From Phallusia mammillata (taxonomy: Eukaryota), in contig OZ281496.1 of the NCBI GenBank assembly GCA_965637545.1, forward strand, positions 5,084,001 to 5,148,000: 64,000 nucleotides of DNA. The letters are read 5' to 3'. The translations under genes and the position numbers were made by a program. Numbering within the stretch: position 1 is the first letter of the stretch; every line of letters starts with the position of its first letter. A model generated the notes under the pieces. It was given only the letters and a program-made list of their open reading frames with translations, searched no databases and had not been told where the DNA came from. Below are positions 12,407 through 25,639 of the stretch, piece after piece.

Positions 12407-13838
12407 TTTTATACAAATGAATGAACTGTATTACCATAAATTGTAACTGTAACAAGACAGTAAGTACATATCACGAAAACTAATTTCACACCCACAAGAA
12501 TCTTATCATGTTGCAAAAATCAAACAAAGTTATTGAATCAAGGGTGCCGAAAACTTAGTCTACATCGTTTCAGCAATGCCAGTATCATAACGTTAATACC
12601 TCTCAGCTAATACGCTTCGTAGGCTTCAGGTTTTCTCATATACATCAGAACACACTGCTGCTTACATAGAGCTTACCAACGTAAACACTGCAAACGCCGC
12701 AACACAATGCAGGTGATTCAAACCGGATCAATACAGTTCCATTGTTTGTTCTATAACCATGCAGTTCTATCTAAGCGTGTTAGGCGCTTGTTACGTTATT
12801 CACGTGAGTCGTCAGCGTTCTTTGTCACACTCTGTGGAAGCAAGCTGCAGATAGTGCACACTGTTTTGATCTATTAAGTCCTAACCATTGCAACTGCTGT
12901 TCCAACTAACAACACTCCATTTTGATGGGAGCAACAGGCTGAAGCAAATTGTTACTTTAAGGACTCTTGCTATATATATGTACTAAATCCCAAACTGGTA
13001 GTTAATTAATAAGATTCGCAGAATATATTTTCGGGTTTTAGCAGTTCCTGTCATTTGTATGTTTTCTTTAACATATGCTACGTCTCATTCAATGCTTAAT
13101 CATATAAACAACTTAATATATCTCAATCAATTTTCATATTTATTTTCAACAATTAATTAGATTCACAAGTTTTTGTAGAAAGTCTACCTAAAACTTAAAG
13201 ATGCATTCAGTCGCTAATTGATGCCGTGGGGGTTGAAACACGGACAACCAGTTGGGAAACTCCTATAGCCAGCCCGCAGACAGTGCACAGTGTTTTAAAC
13301 TGTCTGTGCAGCTGGTGACAAGACGTAGACCGTATTGACTCGTGTAGCCATCTAACGACACTTCAGTTTGTTGGGATTAACAGGCTGAAGCAAATTGTTA
13401 CATTTAAGACTTCATCTATATGTACGAAAACCAGAACTACAAGTTAAACAATAAGCGTCGCAGATAATATTTTCGGGTTTTCTGCAGTTTGTACCATAGT
13501 TAATTTCATTAGGCAAGACAGCATTTTGCCTAAATTCTACAAAAAGAACTTGCATATGAACTCGCAAATCGTTTGGCGCGCAAATTTAGATTTGAAATGG
13601 ATAATTACACATAATTTTATATTGGTGTTTAGTACTTGAAAAATACTGCTGTTAATTGTTAAGTAGAGCATATTTTGAAGCAAATCAGAAATGTGGCTGA
13701 ATTTAGTAAGACACCAAAAAATTGTTGACGCAAAGTTTGAAAAAGTTTAACAGGAATTTTTCTTCGACTCTCACAGACTTATTTAAGATTTTTCAGTTGC
13801 ATACCCCTGTTCTTTTGTTTAAAGGTATTTGTAGAAGG

Positions 13839-14787
13839 AACACTATGCACGGACTTGAAAAGTAGTTTAATCATAAACATTACTGCCAAGGTAGTGGTGT
13901 ATATGGAATACATCGTGTAGACGTTTCGACAATCTCTGTTGTCATCATCAGTACATGTTTTCAATCAAGCTGTAGAACACGGTACATAAAGCACTAAGGA
14001 AAAGAAAAGAAAAGAAAGGGAAGCCAGATGTGTGAAGTGACGTCACAGACGATAACAGGGAACGACGTTTAGAACGGTAGCGTAGACGAAAAGATAAGAA
14101 CCGGAGATATGGGTCAGGTGTTGAACAGACGCAAGGGCATGGAAACTGTGTCGATGTTGAGCTCGGGTTCATGCATTTGAAACAAAACCGCTTACGTCTT
14201 GTCCATGAAACGAACAAACTTTCACGGCATTTTCCTATAAAAGAGCGCCAGGAACACATCAAAAGAACTAACGTTGTTTACCGGTTGGTTTGCAACTGCG
14301 GCGCTTCATATATTGGGGAAACGCGGCGAAATCTCGCTGTAAGAATTAAAGAACATCGCATGGACCAAAAATCAGAAGTGTGCCGGCACATTTTATCGAA
14401 TCCGACACATAAAGTTAATTTTGCCGAGCCGGAGATTTTGGACGCAAACCAAGACCGCGTGAGACTGTTGTTTCTCGAATCGCTTTTTATTCAAAGGCAT
14501 GAACCCGAGCTCAACATCGACACAGTTTCCATGCCCTTGCGTCTGTTCAACACCTGACCCATATCTCCGGTTCTTATCTTTTCGTCTACGCCACCGTTCT
14601 AAACGTCGTTCCCTGTTATCGTCTGTGACGTCACTTCACACATCTGGCTTTTCCTTAGTGCTTTATATACCGTGTTCTACAGCTTGATTGAAAACATGTA
14701 CTGATGATGACAACAGAGATTGTCGAAACGTCTACACGATGTATTCCATATACACCACTACCTTGGCAGTAATGTTTATGATTAAAC
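13839..14787 (+). mobile_element. 5'-truncated Penelope-like retroelement: GIY-YIG endonuclease end, pseudo-LTR and inverted pseudo-LTR
   Basis: ORF 14171-14557 has NVVYRLVCNCGASYIGETRRNLAVRIKEH...LESLFI...LN. About 13862-14172 is the inverted copy of ~14499-14790. 13-bp TSD tatttgtagaagg at 13826-13838 and 14788-14800. Confidence 0.92.
14696..14737 (+). ncRNA. Minimal type I hammerhead ribozyme in the pseudo-LTR (antisense twin at ~13916-13958)
   Basis: TGTA-CTGATGA-T-GACAA cagaga TTGTC-GAAA-CGTC-TACA; palindromic short stem III as known for Penelope HHRs. Confidence 0.85.
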
Positions 14788-15032
14788 TATTTGTAGAAGG
14801 CTTCTAACTTTAACTGCTTATTTTTGCACCCAAATTACTGTTGTTAAAATCTGCATCAAATTTTGATAAGTTACATTTTCAAGTTTTTCTGATTTTTGCA
14901 AATCAACTCATTTGAACTCATCGTATCAGAACGATTGAATAAGCAGCAGAAAATTGTTATAGTGCACGTGGGCCAACAATCGCTTTAGTATTACTTGAAA
15001 AAAATGTATGCTGGTTTTCATGAAAAAACTAC

Positions 15033-15150
15033 TAGTGTGACATTAAATCCTTTCTGTCTCGGGTTTATGTCGCTGACAAACAAAACACTGTACGTTGTGA
15101 CATTCCAAGACGGTTGTTTAGTGTGGGATGTCCTTATGTGCAACATTGTT
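15033..15150 (-). pseudogene. Orphan CUB second-half exon relic
   Basis: Translates NVTTYSVLFVSDINPRQKGFNVTL, matching TVLFVSD..GFNATV of the paralogs; no partner exons nearby. Confidence 0.5.
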
Positions 15151-18119
15151 GTTTGTTGTACAGGTTTTTTGTTGCAAAAATCTGTTTATCGATGACATCA
15201 GCTTTTGATTTAAATCTTTAAATCTCTTGCTATACTAGGGTACATATCAGTGTAGACTGTAGACTGTAGACTGTAGAGCTACTTTACTAAGTTGTAATTG
15301 GTGGTGTTAAGAGCACAGTTATTTAAATAAGCAGAAGGACTGGGATAGAGTTACGAATTAAATTTAACATGAGAACTATGTTTACAGGTTAAATTTATTT
15401 TTTATTATAAAACCTCACCCCAACCCTAATCGCCCTAGCCATCAGCGCTTTCATACAATCTACTTTGAATATTTACAAATGCTCTTTGCGCCATCTATCG
15501 GTATATAGGGCAGATGCACTGAGATTTGTTACAAGACAACTACAGAAAAACATTACAATTCTTTTGTATCTTTAAGTATTGGCCGAATTAGGTGAAGATA
15601 TGTATATTAAACGACTGCGCGTTGGGCGCAGTTTATTGCCCTTAAAGCAAATAAAAAATGTCTTTGCTGTTCATGTAAAACTAGAGTTACGAAAATCTAC
15701 ACAATTTTCTAAACTTTCTAATGTTCTATCTTGTATTTTAAATAGGATACTTATGTTACCATAAACTTCCTCATTGAAACAGAAACCATTTAACTCTTGT
15801 AAGGCTCAAAATGAACACACACAGTTTCAATTGCATCCGATTATATTGTTCTACAGTAACAGAAGTCTTTGACAAGGTATATTTTTGACAACAACAAAGT
15901 AAAAAATGTTGCATGTTCTGTAATAGATAGTTAATGTTGCATGTTCTGTAATAGATAGCTTAAACTGTTAAATGTAAAAAGGATAAATGTAAAAATTTGT
16001 AGTATTTTTAAGCGTTTATAAGTCGACAGAAACAATACAATTTTAAGTTTCGTCTACAGACAAATTTGTTTATGTTTTGGACCTTGGGCATTTTTGCCGC
16101 ATAAAAGGTAACCAGCTCCGATAAATACAGCAGCCAGAGGAACAAACATCACAAGTTGGAAGATGTCCTCAGCTGCTTCATTTACTTCATCTCGGTCTCT
16201 TGGAGTGTCTGCGATAAAAAAATGTTTAACTTATATATATATGGGTGCGAGAGCATATTTTACTGGAGCTTAGCTCATCCAACAGACTAAAAAATACCAC
16301 TCTTATATATACTTCGATGTAAGCTTGCAAGAGATTTATTATCAATGCATTTCATTGCGACAAGACATAGACTAAAATCAGCCGATGGTGGGATTCGAAC
16401 CCACAAAATAATATTATTTATTATATTAATATTTTTTAAATAAATGTTTTGTATTTTGGTAGAAACTTTAATTTCTATTTCCTGGTTAAGGCATAGCCGA
16501 GTCTATTTCTTATGAACTGTGTAAGAAAGCGAAACACAAATCCGACTTTAGAAGTCAAGCCAAACAAGTTAATATTTAATTTCGTTAAATGTGTTTGGGC
16601 GACAGACTTGTATTCGAAAGATCGCGGGTTCTAATCCAGTCTAAACGACAAGTCCCAATAGGTTTGACTTGATCAATACCATAATTTGCTTTGTGAAAAC
16701 ACAAGCAACTGCAGTAGTAGTTACTGAAATAAGTTAAAGCGTACGAAAAGATACTTATTGTGTTGTTACCTTGCACAAGCAAATATTTGCTGGTTTGCAA
16801 AATGTGAACTGGTCTTGCAGAAAGTCGTTGGTTGCGTCCATTGTTATCAACAGATCGTCGTCCCACACCTCCACATGTCTGCGAATAGGTTAATATTAAT
16901 GCTTACCTAATAAGAAAAATGTTTATGGTCAAGAAGTTAGCACAAATTTGAAGTTATCGTAACATAAATGCATTCAAACTGGGATCAACACTGAAGCGTC
17001 GATGTAGAGCAGCGATAATGGCATAATTATCGATAAATCATAGTACGCCAGGCCTAATCAGCCGGTATCCCATACATTCACATATGACAAGGCCTTAGGT
17101 AGAAAATTCTAGCCTGCATTGGGATTCGAACCCACGTCATGACTCATTCCGGGAATCGCGCTCTACAAACTGAGTAACGCAGGCTCAGTGGAAATTCCGA
17201 CAAAGTCGAATCTCGAGCACCGTTGCATGCTGCATGCTGCATATGTCAGCTTCGTAGTAGGGCAAGGGGCGGCAACCTTTTGCATGCAACGGGCCAAAAC
17301 AATGATTTGATGAGTCTCGGCGGGCCGTATGACTTTTTACCTTTAAATTGCGCTCAATTCTAGTAATGTCGTTGGAACCTCTGAACGTCGTTGGAACTCT
17401 CTCTACAGCTTATTTTGATGGGGTTTGTCCCGGTATTTCGCAATGTATATTTGGCAAAGCAACCGACATCGCAATCAATAAACAAAAATCCTTTCTTAAC
17501 ACTTGTATTACTAATACTGGATGAAAAGCGCCAAAGACGCCCATCACGATAACAAAAATGTTGGTCGCACTACAAAGTATTTGCGGATTGAGTTAGGGCA
17601 CTTAAAACTAGGGTTGGCAAGCTGGTCAATTGACCGGTCAAATACGGTCAATTGACTGGCCAATTGACTGCACTTTATTTGACCAGTCAAATACTATTTT
17701 TTATTTTTAAAATCAAATGTGGTAAATTTTCTTGGACTTGCTTATTGGTTGTTGGAACGGGTAAATTATTTCTAATAACCCTAAGGAATAACATTTTAGG
17801 GCATACTCCTGTATTAATAACGGCTTTCAAAGCCAATATAGATGTGTTTTGTTCATTTGAAATCAATGCCAAAACAATCGAGCCGCGGGTTGGTCACCCC
17901 TGTTATAGTTGATCAAAAAACTGTTTGTAGCTATATATTTAGCTTATAATTGTCATGACTATATTTTTGTGGATAAGTTATTGCGATAAAGTACGTACAC
18001 ATCAAGCTTTTGTATTTTCCTTTTTAGTCATGAATGGGCAACAGCGTAACAGCATAAATTACGACTTTAACAGGATAACCGAGTTTTGCAGTTAAATCTC
18101 AGTCATTTTTGCAGTTAAA

Positions 18120-19030
18120 CCTGTAGATTCCTTTCTTTCGTGGTTAACGTGAGAAGCCGTGGAAACGATGTAGCCCAAGCTATTCTATGTTGGTCTGTTT
18201 TTTTTTCTTTAGGCGGCGCGAAACGCTGTACCCATTCTCTTACATTGCTCCGTAATTAATGCAGAAAAACCGGAACGATGGCACTTCTCGCGAACTCTTT
18301 CTAGGCTTCTCACGTTAACCACGAAAGAAAGGAATCTACAACCGCTCGCTAAAATCGTTCACAAAAATGTTTTAACCATCGGGAATGTTCTTACCAACTA
18401 CAGAGGCTTGGCACATGGACGTATGAAACAGGTTGCCAACGGCCAATCGGGTCCATGCAAAAAGTGCGCGTTGTGTGGAAACCATGGCGTACATATGGCG
18501 ATGGCGTATGAGCAGTGTAATTTTGCCACACGCGGCAAAGATATTAGATTAAAACAGGTACTGATGGACTGCAAAAACTATGGTGTGTATGCGGCCACTT
18601 GCAGCATGTGTAAAGAACAACACATCGGCCAAACAAAAAACCGGTTTAGCACCCGATTTCATTTGGACTGGGTTGTTTGTTTGCCAACTTCAGGGTTTTT
18701 TCGTTGCCTCTGGACTAGACGGTTACATCGTCTCTCCGCTTTTCCTTCTTTTTTAACTGGTTTGCACTGTTCCCATATCGCTTGTTGCAGTGTGTGCCTT
18801 TCGCGTAGCTTAGACGAAGTTCTGTTGCAGATCTTGCATAGTTAGCAAGAGCTTGTAGCAGGTTGCCGTTTCTCTTTGGTGTGTTTAATATGGAATTAGT
18901 TCATTGCTTGGTTTGTTTTACTTTTGCACCCATTGTTTCACAGAACGACTGAAGATGCCCTTTTGGGGTGAAATATATATCGTTTAACAACTTTGTTGAC
19001 TGATTTTCATTAGAAAGCACTGCGTCATTT
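18120..19030 (+). mobile_element. Second Penelope-like family fragment: Cys-rich linker, truncated GIY-YIG and pseudo-LTR with HHR
   Basis: CKKCALCGNH...DCKNYGVYAATCSMCKEQHIGQTKNRFSTR; local 37-bp inverted repeat at 18124-18160 / 18304-18340. Confidence 0.75.
18944..18984 (+). ncRNA. Minimal type I hammerhead ribozyme
   Basis: AACGA-CTGAAGA-TGCCC tttt GGGGT-GAAA-TATATA-TCGTT; palindromic stem III, ATA cleavage triplet, one mismatch in stem II. Confidence 0.7.
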
Positions 19031-21172
19031 ATTCTTACATATAATTTTATATATAATCAGTGGTCGTCGACAAAAAAGATGCCTACTACTTGCGGGATAG
19101 ATCCTGTACCAAACACTAGATGTTAATCTGATGTAAGTTATATATTAAAACTAAAATTGCAATTTAATAATGTGTACAGTATTTGACCCATATTTGACCT
19201 ATTTGACAAGTATTTGACCGGTCAATTAACCAGATTTTATTTGACCGGTCAAACGCCCAACCCTACTTGAAACACTATCGCAACAAAGGTACTTGCACTT
19301 GAATTTGCGTATGTTGAGTTGTTTGTTTGTTTTAGCTGGCCGGTCCCCGACCCCTGTAGTAGTGCATCGACAGTTCGACTATATCAGCTGTGGTGAACAT
19401 ATTCATTCTGGGATCAGTCCTGAAGCGCCGATGCACACCAGCGGATCACGGCCTTATCGATAAGGACACCTTTAATAGGTCTGGTGTACTGCACTGTGAT
19501 TTGGTGACTGAAATATTTTTTTGTTTGAATTAAGGAGCCTATGAGTTCAATCTCGTCTTGGCCACTTGTGTTTTCTTAAACAAAAAAGCTAGAACGGCAT
19601 TGCACAAACCCAGTTGTATCTCATGGGTTGAGCTAAAGCTAAGTGAACATTTAATTGATAATCAAACAAGTCAAAAAAGATCCACCATACTTGCAATAAG
19701 GCAAGCAGCTCGAAGACAGACTCATTGTAATTATAATGCATTCGGTTATTGCCCGACCGGCAAAAACAAAATAAATGAAATAAACGAACTCAACTCACCT
19801 GTCCAGGGCATTGTCCAGTTGAGTTTTGACAGACGGTCACGTCGCAGTGAATGTAGATAAATTGTTCTGCGTCGGTAAAGTTTGTCCACACAAAGCTCAT
19901 CAGTTTGAACGTTGCAAAGTTGGATTCGTAATTGCGGTTTAACATCTTCGCGTTGGCAGCCTCACTTCCACTGGGTGGCGCAACGCATCTAACAATTTTG
20001 AGACAATCTTACGCATTGTGAAACACTTACTGTCGTTCAATTTTAGCATAGCGATACCACAAAACAGCAAATCCATAACCGGCACAGCTTACCGCTTTGT
20101 ACAATCTGATAACTCGGCAAACCACTGGAGTTTTCGACGCGTGTCGCCCAACATTCTTCAAGCTGTGCCCAAAAACAAAAAAAATCATATGAATAAAATA
20201 TTATAAAAAAATATTTGGATGTTCAATATTGAATCACGGAGTAAGGTTTGTTTTAGATGGATTTCAAAATTTTTAATCAAATAAATACATGAGGAGGCAG
20301 TTTTGTTAGAAATATAAAACCAAGAGTTTACATACCAGAGTTTTAAGTTGAACCGGCCTGTGTTTACCAACTTGCTTATAATACGTTTGTGTTTACGTTT
20401 TACCTGGACAATAAAGTCATCGTTGCTCGGAGAAATTTCTTCAAGTTTAACTTCAGCAAAAATGTAGTTGGGCACATTGACTTCCCCAGGCAAGCTTTCG
20501 TTGAAATGTTCGTTCGTAAACAGATTTAGAGAAACGTCAAAGTTTCCTGTATTCTCGGCCGAAATCTCAACAGATCTGCACAAAGTTTTAAAACATTTGT
20601 TCATACTGTGGATTTATTTTAAGTTCGTTTCGGTTCTTGTTTACTTTTCCGTAATGCTTTGCTAGCATTGATGATTAAACTAACAGCCCATTGTGAAACA
20701 ACTATAAACTGCGACGAGAAACATTACTTTCGTGTGACATGTAACGAGTGGCATGTGACATGTGCCCTTGTTGTTTTCTTACCCCGGTTGTGGTTGAACG
20801 TTGGATGACGACAGAAGTTGATCGGCGTCAAATAAACAAGTCACATTGAGCTTGTTTTGAACGTCGCGTTGGATCACAGCAGAAGTTGGAGCTAGGAATC
20901 TCCAGATCAGGAAGGAAACCGACACCATTCCGTTCTCATTCTGTTAATACATAAACAAAAACATTCAAAGGGTAGCAAAAATTTAACCGCAATAAAAAAA
21001 AAACTTATCGTAACTACTACTCTCGAAAAAAGTATGTGTCGAACATATCTGTATAGGTGATCCTGGTCTGTATGGTTTTAACAAACGTTGCATCTAAATG
21101 CTAAATGACGTGTTTGGTAACAGTGGCTCGATGATGAAATCTAAAATGGCAAAAAAATCAGGATCGTTTTAC

Positions 21173-21269
21173 CTTGTAGAAATCTTCCGGATCTGACCCC
21201 GTGACCTGATGAGTGCTGGTTCTTCTGCTGGAGGTCCATTGGGATCGAAGTTGTCAAATGCAAATGGGC
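21173..21269 (-). pseudogene. Chimeric exon: family-X terminal exon 5' half fused to the ZP-N exon 3' end
   Basis: Reads GPFAFDNFDPNGPPAEEPA, then gtcacggggtcagatccgg (ZP VTGSDP, out of frame), then the ZP donor site. Confidence 0.75.
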
Positions 21270-22999
21270 CTGAGTTTAGTCACAAAATCTCAAGCACAGA
21301 CAAAAGTAGAAGAGGAAAAAAAATAATACAAAATACAAAATTCTGGCTAACAATACCTCTTCGGAATAACTGGACAATTTTGCTTTTGAGCCTGCTCCCT
21401 GCAAAACAAAAATGGAAACACTAAGTAATTGTTTATTCCCACATATTTTATGCGATTAAATGAAAACACAATGAACGATTTCGTGGTCTTTGTGTTGTTA
21501 CTTAACTTGAAAGTCTGCCTGTGTCAACTGGATAGAGGCAAATTGAAACAAACTTGAAAGGGTGTGTACGTTAATATAATTAGAACCTTAACTTCAAATC
21601 CGAAATTTCACCAAATGTATTAAGATATATAAACGATTTTCTTTAATTTGGTTTAAGTTGTTAAGTTGAGATTTTGTTATTTGATTGATGACTTGCTGCG
21701 TATTTGAAATTAATCCATTATTTGTTCACTGATTACATAAATTAGTTATTCAAAATGCTTAACTTACAAGTAATATTGGGTAGTTATATTTTAGTATTAC
21801 CGATAAGCCCCTAAATTGTGACTTCGTAATTTCGAATTAATTGATCGCATAAAAAAACGCGTTGAAGTTTAAAAACATGTCTTTGTTATGCAGCATTTAA
21901 CTTTTTTATGAGCTAAGGTGAATACATCGTTAAAAAAATTTTAAACAGCTTTTGCACTATTTCGGTTAGACAGACTTTTCCTTTATAACTACCCTTACCA
22001 CAAAGATTCCAATAGAGAGTTCGGATGAAATAAACTGCTCCTGAAAGACAAACACAAAAAATGCCAACTTTAAATTGTATATTTGTAGATTTGCATATTT
22101 TTCGCTTGTTTAAACAAAGCTAATGGTCTGTGACAAATATTTAAATCTGAATTGTACGAAAAGGTCAAACAGAATACACATTTGCAAATTTTGTTCAGTT
22201 TTTTTTTTTGGTTTTTCCTTTACATTATATAACAATGACAACTTATGCAACATTCACCCGCTTGGAGCATTGTGGTGTTTCTTCTTTTACACCGAATAGT
22301 ATTTCAAATAATATTTATATTCTTTATTTAACGCCGCTTTGTATCTTTGCAAAATCTCATACTTTGTGACACATGTTTTGTCGCTTTCAGAAATAGAATC
22401 TTGGTTCTTGTATATATCAGACTCATCTTCACTGTTCACTTCTTGTTTGGGTAAGCTCGGTTCCATGTTGCTGTTGCCTGGTATTAAGTAGAGGCATACG
22501 AAAATTACATTTAAAAACTTGTCATTATTTTCAGAAGACGCACATACAAAATACAAAACTTACCAAATACGCCTACATGCAAGTAATACAAAATGCGCAA
22601 CTTTTTTAATTGACAAACTTACCGATTTACTTCTAGTCCAATTAACACGATTTATGAAACAACTTTTGAGAAGCAAATTATTACCGATTTCGAGCAAGCT
22701 TTCAAAAAATTGATTCTACACTGCAAGCTATGGCACAAACAGCTACCAATGCAGAGAGAAGACACGCACAGCGCAGAACGATGCCTCGAAACTTGGGCTG
22801 CGCCACGCCACGCTTAATTGACTTTAACCGCTTTAAATACAGGCGTGTGTGTGACGTAGTATGACCACGAAAAGAAATATATTTTGGTGCGGTTTCCGGT
22901 ATTTTCTATAGACTGACATAACCTAAACAGATTATTTGTGACTCAACAGCTTAGAAGTAATGAAAAACTTTTACAATAGTGTTTCATGTTACACATTTT

Positions 23000-24700
23000 G
23001 AGTGCTAACTTTGTTACTTCTGTAATAACCAGAAAACATAATGGAGGTATGAAAATTGTAACGTGGAGTTTAATACACTACCATGCACATATTGGAATGC
23101 AACTGAGCAATTGGAAATCGTTAAAGTACTGCAAGCGTATAGACAACTACGTTATAGCAAACTCATTTAACTCTCGCCGTATGATAAGTTACCTATTAAT
23201 GCTACCTATGGATAGATATACGATTGCACCACATCGAAGAGAGCAAAACAAAAAAGGCAATCTATCCCTGATCCCTGTAGGACCGGGTTTTCTAGTGGGG
23301 GCGTTTTTATCCACCCAGGGGCCGATGGTTACACTTTAAGAAGGGGGCAAGTTTACTTCAAAGAAAGGAAGGATTTCAACATTACAGATTGTATAGTTAT
23401 ATACAAGAACTGTTAGACTCAGCAATCTTTAACTTACAACATATTTTATTCGGCTTTCAAACAAACTCCAGGGACAAGAGGCGCATCAGCTTACATGCTG
23501 CTGGCGATTGTTTGTATTTAGTGATCTTAAGAGCAAGGTTGGGCATTTAATTTGCAACAAAAGATACCTTTGAGGCTATGTATACAGGCCATACCTTTCA
23601 AATACAACGGTAAGGAGCACCGTTTACACTTCCTATTGGCGTATAGCGCTTTTCAAACTGCGAAGTATTTGTACCGTTCAATTTGGTAAATCTAGTGTAA
23701 CCTGAAGTTGAATGTATGTGATTCTCCTTTACCGATTGTTTTCAACAAAAGTAGGCAATTGTTTGCGCATAATCATAGTCAATAAAGTAAAAAAAAACTC
23801 AGACGTGAGATTTGCGTAAAATGGACCTTGGGTGCTGCAATTGCTATTCAATTAGGTTTTACCAGTTAACTGAAGTTTTCGTGTTGCTTCTTGCTTGGTG
23901 AGTCTTATTGTCCTCATATGCTAAAGAGGCAAGGACTTTATCAAAAATAACGTTCTCATACACGGTGATTTTGAAGGGGGCGATTTTGCTAAAATAGTTA
24001 GACCCCTGCTCTGGGATATACCGTATGATACAAGGCAAAAACAGTAAGTTGGCAAAATTAGTGAGGTTCTTACAAAAGGCAAAATCAGTGAGGTTCTTAC
24101 AAATTCCTGATTCCAGAAATTTCAACGATTTTTAAAAACATTTGCGTTGGAATCTAACCCATAGTGACTACAGACAAAGGTACTGCACGTTTGTTGAATA
24201 TGGTAACAAAACAGAAACGTACCGCTTACATGTTGCACAGCAGTAGATGCAGAAGGAAACACTGCAACACGTTATATGTGTGTGCGCTCACTTAAAGAGA
24301 GCAAAACAAAGCAAGCAATGTGTTCGATTCATTGCTGGTTCAAGTGCAACATAAAGAAAAATGTTGCCACAAACTCTCGATACATTTTTGCCTCAAGCAG
24401 TTCAAACAAGCCTGGTGTCAATTTGCTTAAGACTTTGGATATTTGCGTTCCTGTTTGTCTCAAAATTACAGTTGAAAACGATTGTAGTTTACGAATATGA
24501 TGCGAAAGTACAGATGACCAGACACACTTAAAACTGTTCTACAGCAAATACAAAACGTTTGATGACAAAATTGAAAACAAAAATAGCATTTATTTGTGTA
24601 AAAATAAATATTGTTTCTGGTTTTCGATAGCACGTCACGTGATGCATTACAAAATGCTGCATTTGTTTTTCAGACTGCATTAAAAGAAGAAATACTGGAT
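23000..24700 (-). repeat. Inverted segmental duplicate of ~62100-63900
   Basis: Collinear reverse-complement matches: ttttcaattttgtcatc (24570/62225), atcgagagtttgtggcaacat (24375/62425), caactgagcaattg (23100/63800), aggcaatctatcc (23258/63627). Confidence 0.75.
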
Positions 24701-24913
24701 ATTATTCAAAAAAGTACAAAAAAACACGAAAAAGAAATTTTGCAAAAGCTTTTAATTAGTATTCTTTGATAAAATTTAATTCTAGGATCCGGTCTGGCTA
24801 ACAAAACAACTTATAGTAATATGGTTGTTTGAAATGAACAAAACTTGAAAATGTTAGATTTTTTTAATTATTAACCTATGTATACGTTTTGTTCAAACGC
24901 AATATAGCAAGCA

Positions 24914-25639
24914 TTAGTTGTTTGAGTGTCTTTTGGTTGTGGTTGTAACTGGTTGAACTGGTTTCGACCTTCATCACCATCTGTACGTGTTGGTTGTTCT
25001 ACTCATATTCTGGTCGAAATTGGAGAACGCATTTCGGGCTATAAATAGTTTAACATAACAATGATGTTCACTAAAATACACAGACAATATTCATGTGAAT
25101 TCTTCCTACCATTGTTTTGACTGTCGAATTTATTATGATATCCTTGATGTCTCATCTCAAAGAAACCCTAAAAAAGGCAACGCAAAGTGAAAACGACAAT
25201 ATCAAAGCTATGAGGCAAACAATTACTCTCACAATCAATCAAAGTTTACCGTGTTTGACGAACTTTTCCTATATTCGAAGTATACTAAACAAAAACAAAT
25301 ACGTGTTAAATGCTGCTAGGTTGAAACCATTTTTTTCCTAACTTGTTTTTAGTTTGGTTAAGTAAAAACACAACCAGTGATTTAATACTGAAAACACATT
25401 TATGTTTCTGCTAAACTATTGCTCGACTAGAGTGTCACTATTTTTCTTATTGTCTTTTTTTCTTTCTTGTAGTTTATCGTTCTGTGTCGAGTGATGAATA
25501 GATATATTGTTCACAAGTGAATTAAAACGCATTTTAAAACTTACGTTTGGTGGCGGTTTATTACACTCTTGATTTCTTGGCAAACATAATAAAGCACATG
25601 CACCCATATTGTTCTCCAATGTAATAAAAGAAAACACAG
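24914..25639 (-). pseudogene. Inverted family-X fragments (hydrophobic Cys-containing exon 25545-25639; frameshifted terminal exon 24914-25038)
   Basis: AVFSFITLENNMGACALLCLPRNQECNKPPPN with tttgcag acceptor and gtaagt donor; ARNAFSNFDQN / TDGDEGRNQFNQLQP homologous to the X terminal exons. Confidence 0.55.

Larger units (their letters stand above)
17609..19265. mobile_element. Second hAT-like element nested in the first
   Basis: TIRs tagggttggc / gcccaacccta with subterminal ttgaccggtcaa palindromes; TSD cttaaaac/cttgaaac. Confidence 0.7.
17263..19356. mobile_element. hAT-type non-autonomous element
   Basis: Ends caaggggcggcaacc and ggtccccgacccctg; 8-bp TSD tagtaggg/tagtagtg. Confidence 0.65.
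16965..19510 (-). mobile_element. tRNA-like repeat split (16965-17262 and 19357-19510) by a nested DNA-transposon stack
   Basis: The repeat reads continuously (..agcttcgtagtaggg / ..cagttcgac..gggatcagtcctgaagcg) once the insert is removed. Confidence 0.75.
16050..21207 (-). pseudogene. ZP-domain paralog B, lacking signal, kringle and CUB exons
   Basis: Conserved ZP exons at ~20790-20942, ~20403-20577, ~20091-20162, ~19797-19989; furin exon ~16771-16879 (VGRR); TM exon ~16080-16208. The ZP-N exon is cut at ~21207, and the cytoplasmic tail carries a 1-nt insertion. Confidence 0.75.

Noticed and set aside
21205-21213. CTGATGAG at the chimeric junction (and in ZP-C exons) as a hammerhead core
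   Set aside because: No stem II or GAAA follows; coincidental.
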